64,000 nt of DNA from Amoebophrya sp. A120 (Eukaryota > Protista > Dinoflagellata), in the NCBI GenBank assembly GCA_905178155.1, contig CAJINV010000003.1, positions 5,215,700 through 5,279,699 on the forward strand. Reading direction: 5' to 3'. The translations under genes were made by a program, and so were the position numbers. Below the pieces are notes generated by a model. The model was not told the origin of the DNA, ran no database searches, and saw nothing but the letters and a program-made list of their open reading frames with translations. Shown here in pieces: positions 40,330 to 52,539 of the stretch. Position 1 is the stretch's first letter. Every line of letters begins with the position of its first letter.

Positions 40330-42238
40330 ATGGTAATGGACGACGACGAGAGAGCCACAACAAAGCCGCGGGGGTCCCTGTCCTCCAACCCCATCGGCAT
40401 GACGAGCGGCATGGTGTCCGGCCAAGGAGGGGCGACGTCTGTAACTGGTGGTGCGACGTCGGTCATGGGCGGTGCTGTGCAGCAGTCCCAAATGGGCATG
40501 ATGTCTGGAGTGCAGCAGCAGCCGGTGATACCCATGAATCAGGCTACCCTGTACTCGAACTCTCCGGGCGGGGGACCGCCGGGAGCGCCCGCGATGATTT
40601 CCGGAATTGTTTCCGGACAGAACAATGCGCCGATGGTGTCCGGCATGGTCTCCGGCATCGTTCCCGCGCGCGGCCAGGGGCCCATGCTGAGTGCCGCGAT
40701 GGCTCAGCCCATGTTGAGTGGCATGGTGGCTCCGGTCAGCGGGCAGCCCATGATGAGCGCCCCCATCGTGTCCGGAATGACCGCTACGCGGCAAGCGGCG
40801 AAGCAACAAAACAAACCGAAAATGGGCGGTTACACGCTTGAGCAGATCGACCGGCAGTTCTTCGAGCAGGCCCAGGACATGTGCAACCAAACCAAGGACG
40901 AGGTGCTCGCCGTCTGGCGCATGAGCGAACCCAACGAGGACGCCAAGAAGCACGCGATTGGTTGGACGTGCGGCCTGTACTTGCTGATCGTCGTCTGCCT
41001 TCTGGCGGGCGCGCAGGCCGTGTTTTGTTGCGTGGACGAGAAGGTCAACGAGGTTTCGCGCACGGAAGTAACGGTCGGGGAGTCGGATATGGGAGTGTCA
41101 GGATCGAAATCGACAAAATCGAAATATTTGTGATGCATGAAATGCATGACGCGAAATACGTGTGTTGCAGAGCAGGCAAGTGAGGCCGATTGTAAGCCTG
41201 TTTGGGGTTATAGCTCGAGCTGCTAAAGCAGCATGAGAGAATCAGTCTTGTTTGCCTAAACAGCATTACAAACTGGATTTTTTTAGGCACCACCAGAATT
41301 TGTGATGCGCCACTTAGAAACTGGGTTCGGGCTGGAATCCATTTTATGCATGGCAAATTATTTCGATTTTGCCAATTTCGATTCTGACACTTCCATATCG
41401 GAGACCGACACAACCGTCGAAAAGGAGTACGAGTGGACCCTGCATTGCGGGCTCACTTGGGCGGCCCTCGGGTCGTTGTTCCTGTTGCTGGTCCTCGGGC
41501 TCTTCTGCCGGCTGGCCGACGCAGAGGACGAGGGCGACCACACCTTGTATGTGCTGGGTCGCCGCAACTTCTACCGCCAAATCAAACCCAAACGATCGGG
41601 ATGCTGCCGCTGTCACCCGCTGCCGAAGAACGGAATTCAGCCGCTGGAAACCATCGTGCAGGTTAGTGGTCTATTTGTTCTTTGTGCGTCGGATATGTTG
41701 ATGTCGTGGCATTCGCACTTGCTATTCCTTTGTGTGGAATAGGAATTTGTTTTTGATCACGGCGCAATCCCCTCCTACGTTAGCGATATGATGATGATGA
41801 TGTTAGTGGAAGTGCGACTTCTGAAAGTACAAAAACGTATGAATTCGAATCCCCAATTTTTTCTCATGTGCGTTCGTACAGGTTACGACAGATACGGTGC
41901 CGACAACCGACGCGGCGGTTTTCGAGTTTACGATGAATGCCGTGGTCATCGATCTGCCCCTGGGAGCAGCGTTGAACGACAACAAGGACATGCACGGGGC
42001 GAAGAAGGCGAAAGGCCCCGTCCACTACAATTTACACCCCCGGGTTTATTGTTTCATGGACGACCCACCCCGCGCCGCCGCGGCCATCATGGAGGCCGTG
42101 CAGCTCCGGCGACAGGAGCTCGGCATTTCCGGCTTCCAACCCACGCCAATCAGCACGACGTATGTTGGGGGTCAGATTTCCGGGCCGCCTCCGCAGCAAT
42201 CCGCAATGCCCGCAATCAGCGGGTATGGTGCAATCTAA
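40330..42238 (+). CDS. Two-TM membrane protein with Met/Gly/Pro-rich N-terminus, unknown function
   Basis: Exons 40330-41087, 41403-41661, 41882-42238. Hydrophobic segments GLYLLIVVCLLAGAQAVF and AALGSLFLLLVLGLF. Confidence 0.75.
41088..41397 (+). mobile_element. Introner (310 bp), TSD TCGGA
   Basis: 39-bp TIR tatgggagtgtcaggatcgaaatcgacaaaatcgaaata (4 mismatches). Removal gives ..VGESETDTTV.. Confidence 0.95.
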
Positions 42239-43237
42239 TACAATCAAAAAGCTAAGCAAAGCTATCAAAAATAAAGCGTTTTCTTTGTTTCGATTGGTTT
42301 ATTTTAGTGTAGGTTGTTTTCACCTGTGCCTCATGACATAGTCATTCTCATTGTCATGGTCTTTGACGTTCCCCGTTTCAACTTTTCCGTTTTATTTGCA
42401 TTAGAGTTTTATTTTACATTGAAATCATGTGTCCTGTAAGTATTGCGTAACATCAGTTCAATTATCTTCATGTTTTAGCACCACCTTTCTTTTGCTTATC
42501 AAACTTTTCGTTTGCATTGTCGATCCCCAAAACCCGAGCAATTAAAGACGAAAAGAAGGACGACTGACCTATTCGCAGTAAGAACCGTTCTGGATCCCTT
42601 CAGTAAGAACGATAGAGCGACGAAGGACAGTGGATTTGCTCCGCTTTGAGGGCAGATAAAACTTTGCTGTAAACTATTTCGATCCTGACAGAATATGCGC
42701 CGGCGCCGTTTCCACCAAGTGATGCTCGGTAGTGACGCCTGTTTCCTTCTTCTCTCCGTGAGCATTGTTGCGTTTTCAAATTGTGTGCGTGTGTGTGTGT
42801 GTAGTGCATTCATTTTCCGTTCTGTGTGTCTGTCTTCTCCGTTTACTCGTAGGCGTCTGTCAGTATCGTAGCTGCAGCTTGTGAATTGAAAGAGCGGTCG
42901 AATATACCCATGAGCAGGGAACGAAAGCGAGTTGTTGCAGAAACATTGCCGAGAGAGGACGAGGTGGCCGCGTGTGCTGGAGAGATCAATTCTTCAATGA
43001 GTTCTCGAGTTTGCTGGAGGGGAGGCAGTGTGTAGAAATCACAAAAAGCAGAAGTCAAAGATTCTGTACATTGAGATAAGCATATCGTGGCACAAGAACA
43101 AAGTCGCAGCGACAAATAAGTAATCGCTTTCCAAAGCAACTACAGCGTTGCAGATGATCCAGTAAAAATAGTGTTTTTTATTGATTTAATTTGTATGTCG
43201 TAGTGGTCAACAACTCAACAACATCTGAAATTACATA

Positions 43238-46200
43238 ATGAACGGGAGGCATCCGCATCAGCACAATACGGGTCTCAGCTGGCTAACGCCTTCGGAGGAA
43301 ACGTTCCTGACTCCTTCTCCGGATGATGGGTCTTTGCGGGTCCCGGTAGCCGGCGGTAGTAAAGCCGCCTCGTCTTCCTCCACGGCGGCGCAGCACAAAA
43401 AGCAGTGCAACGGGGGCAGAGCCAACCCTTGGAGCGCCGAAACCAAGCAGGTGTTCGCGTTCTATCCGCCTACAAGCGGCGCCGAGGCTGCGACCCATGG
43501 TAGGGGCAGCAGAGACAGGCTCAGTGCGGCGAGCCGCGAGATCGAGAATTCCCGGAGAAAGCACAAGAGCGGCGCGCACACCGGCGAGAATAAGCGAAAT
43601 AATCCGGGGGACGACGGTATCCAATGTGCAGATATTTTGTGTCCGGTTTTGGAAGGATGCTGCAAGGTTTGATGGCACGCTTGTCTGGTATGACTGAAGG
43701 GCTTGTGATGCGTGTCAAAGAGGACTCGATCACCGTTTTGCTTGTCACGCAAAAACGTAGTTTGTCATGCAATGCTCGTCAACATGCGGAAATAAACGTG
43801 CTCGTGCATTACAGGGCAGATATTCACATTTCTCATGCTCTTCTGCTGTGCAACATTACATATCTAGGGTATTCAGTATTCACAACCCAGCATTACAACA
43901 AGTTTCCAGGCACATTTGCAATGCATAGACCGCACGTTTGATAGCAACGGCTTCGTGGACGAAATCCGGGATCGGAGTCTGATGGGGCAGTCGCTGTTGA
44001 TGCGGAAGCGCGCCGAGGCGCGCAACGCGCAGCCCGAAAAGCCGGTCCCCACCTCGATCTACGGGGAGGACGACCCGCTGCTGCAGTCCGAGGCCGGCCT
44101 GGGGCAGTTCGACCAGCAGCGCTACCTCCCGCTGGACCCCAAGCAGTTTGAACCGGACGTCCTGGCGGCATTGCGGAAAGCGCAGCGGACGGAGATCCAG
44201 AAGCTTGGCAAGTATTTTGCCATCGAGGACTATCGTACGAAAAAAGTGTTACAGTTAATACACATCGTGTTGCAGACCAAGCAAGACAGACAAGCTCTGT
44301 CATGCCAAATGTGCATAGGAGCCTGGCTTCGTGCGTGTTACTTATTTTCCCGTTGGATTTCTGCATTGCAAGTTCATCTAGCGAAATTCGATGTGTTGCT
44401 GCATTGACAACAAATGCGTAACTGCAACAGCACTTTTTTCGTGTGATAAGGACGCCGACGAAGTAGCGGCGGCGCTCGCCGCTGCGGTCAGCGCCGACGA
44501 AAAGCGGAATCTGTTGCTGAACGCACCGGAGCTGATTCCCCAGGACGACGTCGACTACGATGTGGAGGACGCCCGGTTGTATCCGCCAGAAGATGACATC
44601 AAATTTGGGAAGAAAACGCGTCCGCGCACCGCCCCGGGGCCTGGTCGTGGAGCGGGTCAGCCGCAGCACTTCCGCGACAACAAAAAGAAAGCAGCGGGGT
44701 CCACCTCCTCCGTGGGGGCGGGGCCGAGCGCGGCTCTCTCGGAAAAAAGCAAAGAAGAAACGATGGACGCGGCAGCACGGTACGCTGCCAAAGCGGAGGC
44801 CTATCCCGAGCACCATAACTACAGCTTCGAGGACACAACGGATCTACTGAACTACAAATTTGACCCCGAAGCCGGGGCCGACCCGCCAGACTTGGTGCGC
44901 AGAAACATCCTCAGCGAAGCGGTATTTGTTTGGTCCTCCCGGTATTATGATCTACAACTCAAAAATCGCGACACGAACATAGTATTTATGCTGATGTTCT
45001 TGAGTCGGAGTCGCGGCTGGTTGCAGTAGTATTAATTGCAGACGCAGAAGCTGAGGCTCTGCATAACATATCAATCAGCGGACCTGTACTATGTAAAGTA
45101 TGCAAAAATGTTGTTCTCTTGTGCTTGTTTTTGTACAGTTTTGTTCTTCGAGAAGTCTCTCTACCATTCTGGAAAAACATGAGATTTTGATCATCCGAAC
45201 AGGTGTACGCGCACAGCGATCGTGCAGAGCTCTGGTTGGAGCACGCGGAGAAGGAGGGTATCGACCTGTTCGCCCGTCCGGAGGGCGAGTATGTGCGCCC
45301 CTTTGAGCAGAAGCCGTTGGATCGCGACATGAACGCCACGACCTCGGGCAAGATGGTGCGCATGCCTGTGATGCGGCCCGCGGTGATGCGGCGGCTCCAG
45401 AAGCGGTACTGCAGCCACCACTTCGCGGCTGCGCGCGCCGTGCTGGCGCAGAAGCGGGAGGAGGTGCGGGGGCTCAAGGGTGTGAAGAAAGCCCTGACCT
45501 CGCAGGGCCGGGTAGAGATGGACCGCGCGCGGGAGGAGCTGCGGGGCGCGGAGGACGACGACGCGGAATTGAACGACCTCGCGAACGCGGGGGCCTGGTA
45601 CGTGCTCCAGCGGCGCGCGGAGCTGGACGAAGTGGACGAGGCGGAAGCGAGCAAAGCAGGCACCAACATCGGCGCGCGAGGAGAGCTACACGGCCCGAGC
45701 CTCGGTACGAATCCGAATCTGTGGAGCGACGAGCGGTTCTTCGGCGGCGCAGAGGAGGTTGAGGAGAAACGCTGGAAGGAGGCGGAGCCCGCGCCTCCTG
45801 CACCGTCGACGGCAAACAAAATAACCGGCGGCAGGGGCCGGGCGTACCGTGCCGGGTCGCCCGGAACGAGAGTAGACGGAGGACGCGGTGGAGTGGACTC
45901 AGAGGAGGAGGCCACCTTCGAGCAGACCGACCGGTCCAGTACTACATTAGAGGGGCAGACAACGATAGAGATCCCCTCCGCCGGGGTGGTCGTTGCGCCA
46001 CAACCGCGGCCGCGCCCACAAAGTGCGGTTGTCTCGCAGCAGCGTGGTCCCGCGCCGGGCGAAAGTAGACCGGCGAGTGCGGCTGCTCGCCCGAGAAGCT
46101 TCTCCGCACGCGCGCGCTCACCCAAGCATCAACCAGGCCGGGAGGGCGGAGGTGCTGCAAGGCCGCGAAAGCGCCCGAGCCGACACCCCCGCCGGCCCGG

Positions 46201-47639
46201 GTCTGCCACGGCGTACCGCCCGGGCTCGGCGAAAGATCCGCGAACGCCGCCGTCCGCCTACGAGGTGGTGCTGAACGTAGATGATCTACTTCAGCAGGTA
46301 GACGAAGAGGAGCTCGGCGCGGAGGAGTTTTTCGACGAGGATGTTGAGAGCGCGGGGCCGCCCTCGAGAAACATCACTTCTGCGGGGCAGCACCGCGCCG
46401 GTTCCACCACGGCCAGCGAGGAGCTTCGACGAAGACACAGCGAACTGCAGCGGCGTGGCGACGAGTACGACGGCGGCCCCACCGTGGCGGCAAACGGTGC
46501 GCTGGAGCAGCTGCGCGAGCCCAAGGACGTGCAGGCCCTCCGCGGTGCGGTGTCGTCGACCCAGGTCCAGGAGCGCGAGCAGGTGCAGGAGCAGAAGTAC
46601 GGGTACTCGTCCCAGCGCCGCCGGATGAAGTTGTCGGAGCGGATGAAGATCCCCATGGCGGTATCAAAAGGAAAAATCCCCGCTCCCCATATCGAAAAGG
46701 TATGTTTCCGAAAATTTGTGTTGCTGATTTGAGGCCACAAATCACATTTGTACTGCAAGAAGACAAGGGCAGAAGCTTCCGCCCCACTATGGAAGCGATT
46801 TGCCATGCTGTCGGCCCTAAAAGTGACCCTTTTGCCATGCTGAACAACTAGGCCCATACGCCCCTACCTAGCCTGGGGATCTGGCCGCAGTGAGTGCCCG
46901 CCTGCAATACAAACCTGATTTGTGTACACAGATCCAGCAGCAGAAGTTCCGTTTTGATAATATGGGGAGGGGGGATTTTTCCTTTCGATAGGCGGAGTTC
47001 CCGCAGCGGCCGTTGACCAGCGTGCCACGGCTGGACCAGATGCAGAAGCCGCCGACCCCACGGATCGTGGGTCGGCGGGTCCACAACGGGGTCACGATGG
47101 ATCCCGCCACCGGGCGCGAGTGGCACGGGGAACAGCCGAAGTTCGAACCGCCGCCGCCGCTGACCGGCACGCTCACGGACGGTTTTCTGAACCCGCGCAA
47201 GGCGGCGCTCCCGGAGCTGAAGGAGAAGGGCACGGGCGGCGTGGGCAAGAATTTTCAGCTGATTACGCCGTTGCAGCGGCGCGAGTGGTACGACTACTGC
47301 GCGTTCGCCGAAACGAATCTGGACCGCAAAGCGGCGGACCTCCGGGCACAGATCCGGTACCACCGGGATGCCATTGCCATTCATCTGCGGCGCAAGGAGG
47401 AGCAGAAGCGGCGCGCAGTCTGGGAGCAGCAGGCGCAGAAGCAGACTCTGCGAAACCGTGTGAACCAGGAGGGAGCGCACCTGCGGTCGCAAATCTCGTC
47501 CAAGCGGCAGCAGTCCGCAGATGAGAAGGAACGGGAGGCGCGCCAGCGCGGGGAGAAATTTGGATCTGAGAAGGAACGTTACGAAAAGATGAACGCTTTC
47601 TTCTCGCGCAACCAGAGGCACCTGCAGCTAAATCAGTAG
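43238..47639 (+). CDS. Large low-complexity/coiled-coil protein, unknown function
   Basis: ORF pieces join in frame after removing three introners and a GT-AG intron (about 44922-45202). Confidence 0.75.
43618..43927 (+). mobile_element. Diverged family B introner (310 bp), imperfect TSD GACGG/GACCG
   Basis: tatccaatgtgcag..cacatttgcaatgcata; body resembles the copy at 24414. Removal gives ..GDD(R/G)TFDSN.. Confidence 0.8.
44231..44448 (+). mobile_element. Introner (218 bp), TSD AGGAC
   Basis: tatcgtacgaaaaaagtgttacagtta / taactgcaacagcacttttttcgtgtgata. Removal gives ..FAIEDADEVA.. Confidence 0.9.
46662..46990 (+). mobile_element. Introner family A (329 bp), TSD GGCGG
   Basis: 31-bp TIR (2 mismatches). 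Removal gives ..KIPMAEFPQRP.. Confidence 0.95.
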
Positions 47640-48859
47640 CGCGGTGTTTCAGTTTCAGTTTTCCCAGGGGGAAAAGTATTCGATGTAAACTTCAGATTTT
47701 GTGTTGTCGAGGTAGCAGGCAGTAAATCTAATTTTTCACCTAGAGTCCATACATCTGCCTGCTTCAGCCCTGACAAGAGATACAGATGTGGGAGGAGATG
47801 AGCCTACAACTTGTTTGTCTCTGTTTCTGTATCACCCTTTCTCGCGCTGGATACGACTAAGAGAATTAAGATTTCGCGGAAGCAAGTGCAAGCGATGTTG
47901 TAGCCGAAAAGCAAATAAAGACGAAACAACTTTCCATGAACACACTGAATTTATGCGGGATCTTCAAGAAGTGCAGGAGGGACTTCATTGCGAAGATAGA
48001 TCAATCAATGATACAAAGCGATTACAGGCATCGAAGAAGTGGCGTTGGCCCTCAGCAGAGCAGCCAATGCTTCTTCGTCAAGAAGCGAAGTCGGAGTGTG
48101 GTGTGTGAGACACGGCTCATTTTTTGTTCCCTCCAGCTACCTTGCAATTTGCAATGGATGGCGAAATTACTATAGAGAAGCTGGGATTTGTATTTAGTTT
48201 TTGCGTTGAGCAGTCGATTCATTCTGAACGACAGAGATCACGAAATTATATAGCTTTTCTTCCTTTGCCCACTCAATTCACAGTCTGATGTCTTTCTTCT
48301 TCAGCTCTTTTTATTCGATATCCCTGTGCTTCTGTTAACTCAGTGTCAGTGCTGTACAAGAGGCGGCAACCAAAAATAACATCCGCATTCCACGTTGTGT
48401 ACATGGGAACAAAAGGAACATCAAAAGGAAATCCTGATCGCGTGAATGTAAGCAGTGGATATAAACAAATAGCGAATTATTAGAGCAGGTTTGTTTCCTT
48501 GCGTAGGACGCACGATGATTATATATGCGATTCCACTGCCAACGACAAGGGAAATGTTTTGATGAGCAGGCAGAAACATCATAGACCCCTTTGAGAGCGA
48601 ACGCGAGCACTGGTGTCCTTGTGTAGCATCATAGATGATACGCTTTGCATTGCGAAGTGCAAGGGTGTGCGTCATTGTTTCACGATTTGTCAGAACACCA
48701 AGACATGGCGATTTTCCGATTAGAACTTCCAGGGTGAAAAAGAAAGACAGGAGGCACAAGAAAGCAGATAAAACCAGCAAGAACGTCAAAATTCTGATCG
48801 AAGCGGAACGATAAGTAAAAGCTGTGTGAACAAATACAAGGAAGATGTTTTCACCATCA

Positions 48860-51426
48860 ATGAATCATCGCGAGTTAAGCCCGGAGGAGGCACTGGACAA
48901 GGGGGTCTTGGAGGCCAGCAAGGCGCACCAATCTCCGTGCGCGGAGAAGGGGAAGATCTTCTCGCATGCGGATGCCTTGGGTTTGACGGCTTCGGAGCGG
49001 CGCTTGGTGTATCGACAGCAGGAGCTGTATGGAACCAAGTGTCAGGTGGGATGAAAAAATTGTCAGAAAAATGGAAAAAACATAAAATATTATAGGTTTG
49101 TTACAAACCCATAATGCCCAAGCAGCTGGAATATCGATTCTATTACAAATTGTAACAGAATCGATATTTTTCCAATTTCAGCTGCTCGGGCATTTCTAAG
49201 CGGCGCCTGACAAATGTTGCAGACACTTAGAGCCAACCTTTCCTACTTTTCTGGGCAGCTTGAACTTTGTTTTGTCATCCCGGCCTGACTGCAGTAATTT
49301 TCTGTATGCAAGGCTTTTTCCAATCGGCATCGGCTCCGCTTGTCTTCTTTGCAAGAATAAAGACACTTGTTCAAAGCTCATGTTAGAGTGCCTAGCACAA
49401 TTTCACTTTTTTCTTGGACGATAACTACTTCCCACCTGGCACAACTGCCAGCCGAATAAGCCGCCGCTGGAACAACAAGAGCCGCCTTCAACGACCGACG
49501 CCGAGCAGCTGAATACCAAACAGCCGGATGTGGGCGGAAACAAGAGCAGTGGCGCTGCCGGGGCCGCGACGGGGAGTGCCACCGCCGCGCCGCGCCTGAA
49601 CGCGGCGTACTTGGCGACGTTGAAGCCGCCGTGCGTGTCCATGCCGCAGCCCGTGTCGCAGGTGTACCTGCAGCAGCTTGTCGACCACAAGGAACGGGAG
49701 CACCAGCTGGCGCTGGCGCGGGACCGCGAAATGGTAGAGCAGGCGCTCGCGGGGCGGAGCTGGGAGGAGGTGGCTTTGGAAAACCCGGTAGACCCCCTGC
49801 TCGGCAGCAAAATTGCCCAGCAGTTATGCATTGCAAATATGTCATCTGGGTCTGGAAGATTCCGAGATTTGTCATGCAGTTTTTCCAAGCTCCGCCAAGT
49901 CTGGAATGCAGCGAGTAGCATCACAGGTTCTGCAGCCCCTTGCGGATTCCTATTCTGCATGAGAAATGCCCTTTCAGCAGGGCCAGAAGTGGGGACCTTT
50001 TGCAAGTCATACAACACAGATTTTTGTATGATCCGCAACACGCATCACAAGTTCGCATTCTTCCAGGCGCAGTCATATTTGCATTTGATAGCAGTACTGG
50101 CTGGACGAGTACGGGTCGCTCCATCCCCCCGTGACCCGCACCCTCGAGCGGAAACGGGACCAGAAGCTCCAGGAGAAGCTCGCCTGGCAAGAAGCGCAGG
50201 CGGGCTGGCGAGAAGCGCAGGCGGGCCTGGCCGCCGAGAGTGGCGCCAAGATGAACGCGTTCCTCGGGGGGCTTAGTACAACTAATCCGAATGCTAACAT
50301 CATTAACCAGCAGGTGCCACCAGTGCCCGAGAAGGAGAACGTCGTCAATTCGTCCTTCGCGGTCGGTCATGGCCCGATGATCCACAACCCATTGGCAGGA
50401 CGAAGCCGTCCGGCGCCGTACGCGGGCGGAAAAAGCGACGCGATCGTTCCGGGGGCGCGGCCGCGCAACGCTAAGGAGCTCCCGCCCACGCGGAGGCATG
50501 ACAAATTGCCGGTCTTGCGAGAAGAGGAACGACCAGGAGAGCAGCCAGTACTCTCGGAGGACGAGGAAGAGGAATTGCTGTGGCCACCGGACCCGAAGAG
50601 ACAGTCGAAGTATCAAAATCACATTCGGAAGTACAACGCACCGATGATGATAGATTCACCGCCTGCTTCCCCTCGTGCTGGGGGAGAGTTTGGAGGGAAT
50701 AATATTTCCTCAGAACAGCGCGATTTGCTGAGCGATGATCCACCTGCTCGCGGGAAAGACCGTACTAAACCGCTCCTTCCCGCCGTCGAGAAAAATCCGA
50801 AACCCAAGAGCGGCGCCGCTGCGACCGCGGCGGCGAAGAAAAAGGCTGCTGCCGAGTCGGCGAAGATGAAACCGGCTGCTCCCGAGGCGGAGAAAAAGGC
50901 GGCTCCTGCTGCGACAGCAAAAAAGTCTACTACTGGTGCTGCTGCGAAAAAGAGGGCCGGTGCTGAGACGGCGAAAAAAGCGGTTACTGCTGCGACGACA
51001 AGAAAGACCGCGACGGCGAAGAAGGAGCCTGGTAGTACCGCAGCGGTGAAAAAAGCCACTCTGAATGCCGGGACTTCCTCGATGAAGAAGGCGGCTACGA
51101 TCGCCGAGACAAAAAAAAAGCCCACTGGTGCGGGGGCCGCGAAGAAGACTGCTGCTGTGGCTCAGAATGCCAAGAAGAACGGCGCGGTAGAGGGGGCTGC
51201 GAAGCACAAGGAGAGCGCGGAAGCTAAGACTGTGACGAACACTAAAGCACCGGCGGGACCCGCGCCCAAAGCCAAGGCAAAAGTCGCGAGAGCCGCGCCG
51301 GCGTCGACCAGCAAATCCATGAAAAAGGACCCTCAACAGTCTGCGCCGAGGAGCAAGCCCGTGCAGAAGCAAGGACAGAAGCCGAAAGCTGCTCCGAAGG
51401 CAGTGATGAAAAAGGAGAACAAGTGA
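48860..51426 (+). CDS. Protein with histone-H1-like Lys/Ala-rich C-terminal tail
   Basis: Exon about 49425-49824 joins 50096-51426 in frame; the last ~200 aa are AAKK-rich. First exon (48860-about 49045) and its junction are uncertain. Confidence 0.65.
49113..49194. repeat. Intronic foldback hairpin
   Basis: aatgcccaagcagctg..cagctgctcgggcatt encloses aatatcgattctattacaa-a-ttgtaacagaatcgatatt. Confidence 0.85.
49825..50090 (+). mobile_element. Introner, family B-related (266 bp), TSD GCAGT
   Basis: tatgcattgcaaatatg..catatttgcatttgata; body resembles the copy at 29904. Removal gives ..IAQQYWLDEYG.. Confidence 0.92.
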
Positions 51427-52539
51427 AACTTGAAAAAAATATTGCAGTGGCACAGAACAATATTAGGCCGTCGAAGCGGATGCAAGGACTTCGCGTATTT
51501 GATCGGTAGCGAGAGCGACACTGTCCGTTCGCTGCAGAAATTTTGGCGACTATATTTTGCTTTTTCTTCTTCATCTTTAAAAAGCTGTTACACAGACAAG
51601 AAAAATGTGTGCAACGTCCTCGCTGAGTGCGAGTACGCTTCTTATGTGGTAAATAAGCATAGACTTCAGTTGTACTTGATCTTCGACTCTTCCAAAGTGG
51701 GGGTCTCGATTCGGAACAAAATATCAGAGCTGCTGTGCGCTCCTTGCCATCGGCGATGGTATGACGAACGCAACGACTGCTCTCCGCCGTTTGCTGCGTC
51801 AGACCCGCGCGCACCAATAGTGGTTCAATGTTACACAGCTGGAATGATGACTCTGGTGCTCTGTATTTCCATCGTGTAGCTGCATTCTTCATGAATGTTT
51901 ATCGCGTTTCCGTACGTATAGACAACATAAACTTAGTCCCTGGCCGCATCGAGGTTTTTCGGTCGGTCTAATTTAATCTTTTCGGTCCTGACTTGAAACT
52001 CAAAGGAGGGCGTAAAGTCGTCGGTTCTGCTTACTTACTTAGGTCGTTCACAGCTCGCTGCAGGTCGGCTACGTCGGTCGTGCATTTCAATCAGCGTGAG
52101 TACGTTCAACATGCAACAGTCCCCTCGTTCAGAGCAAACCTCAGCCGTTACTTTCGTGCATCGTAAATTGAGAAATGCAAATGTACAGAAACGAAGTAAG
52201 CTAAACTAAACTCTACAGTTCCCAATCGACCACGCGTTTACTTCTTTCTTTTCCGCGTAGCGTCGGGTTTAGCTTTCACGTAGCTGACCTTGACTCTCTC
52301 GCGTTCGGAGAACACCGAACCGCCCTAGACATGTGGAACAAGAGAAAAATTTGAGTTTATTTGCAAGGAGGAGCGCGGGACAGGAGGCCTGCAGAACTGC
52401 TCATTCCTGATTCATCTTGACTGGATAAGCGAGTTAACGAAGCATTCGTATTTCCTCATTTTCGTACCGAAAGGAATTCTCCCCCCCAAGCGCGCAAGCT
52501 TTGATCATTGTGTTGCACCAGAATTTTGAAACAACAAAA

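Noticed and set aside
45471-45478. ggctcaag as an SL relic
   Set aside because: Only 8 nt and inside a coding exon (GLK).
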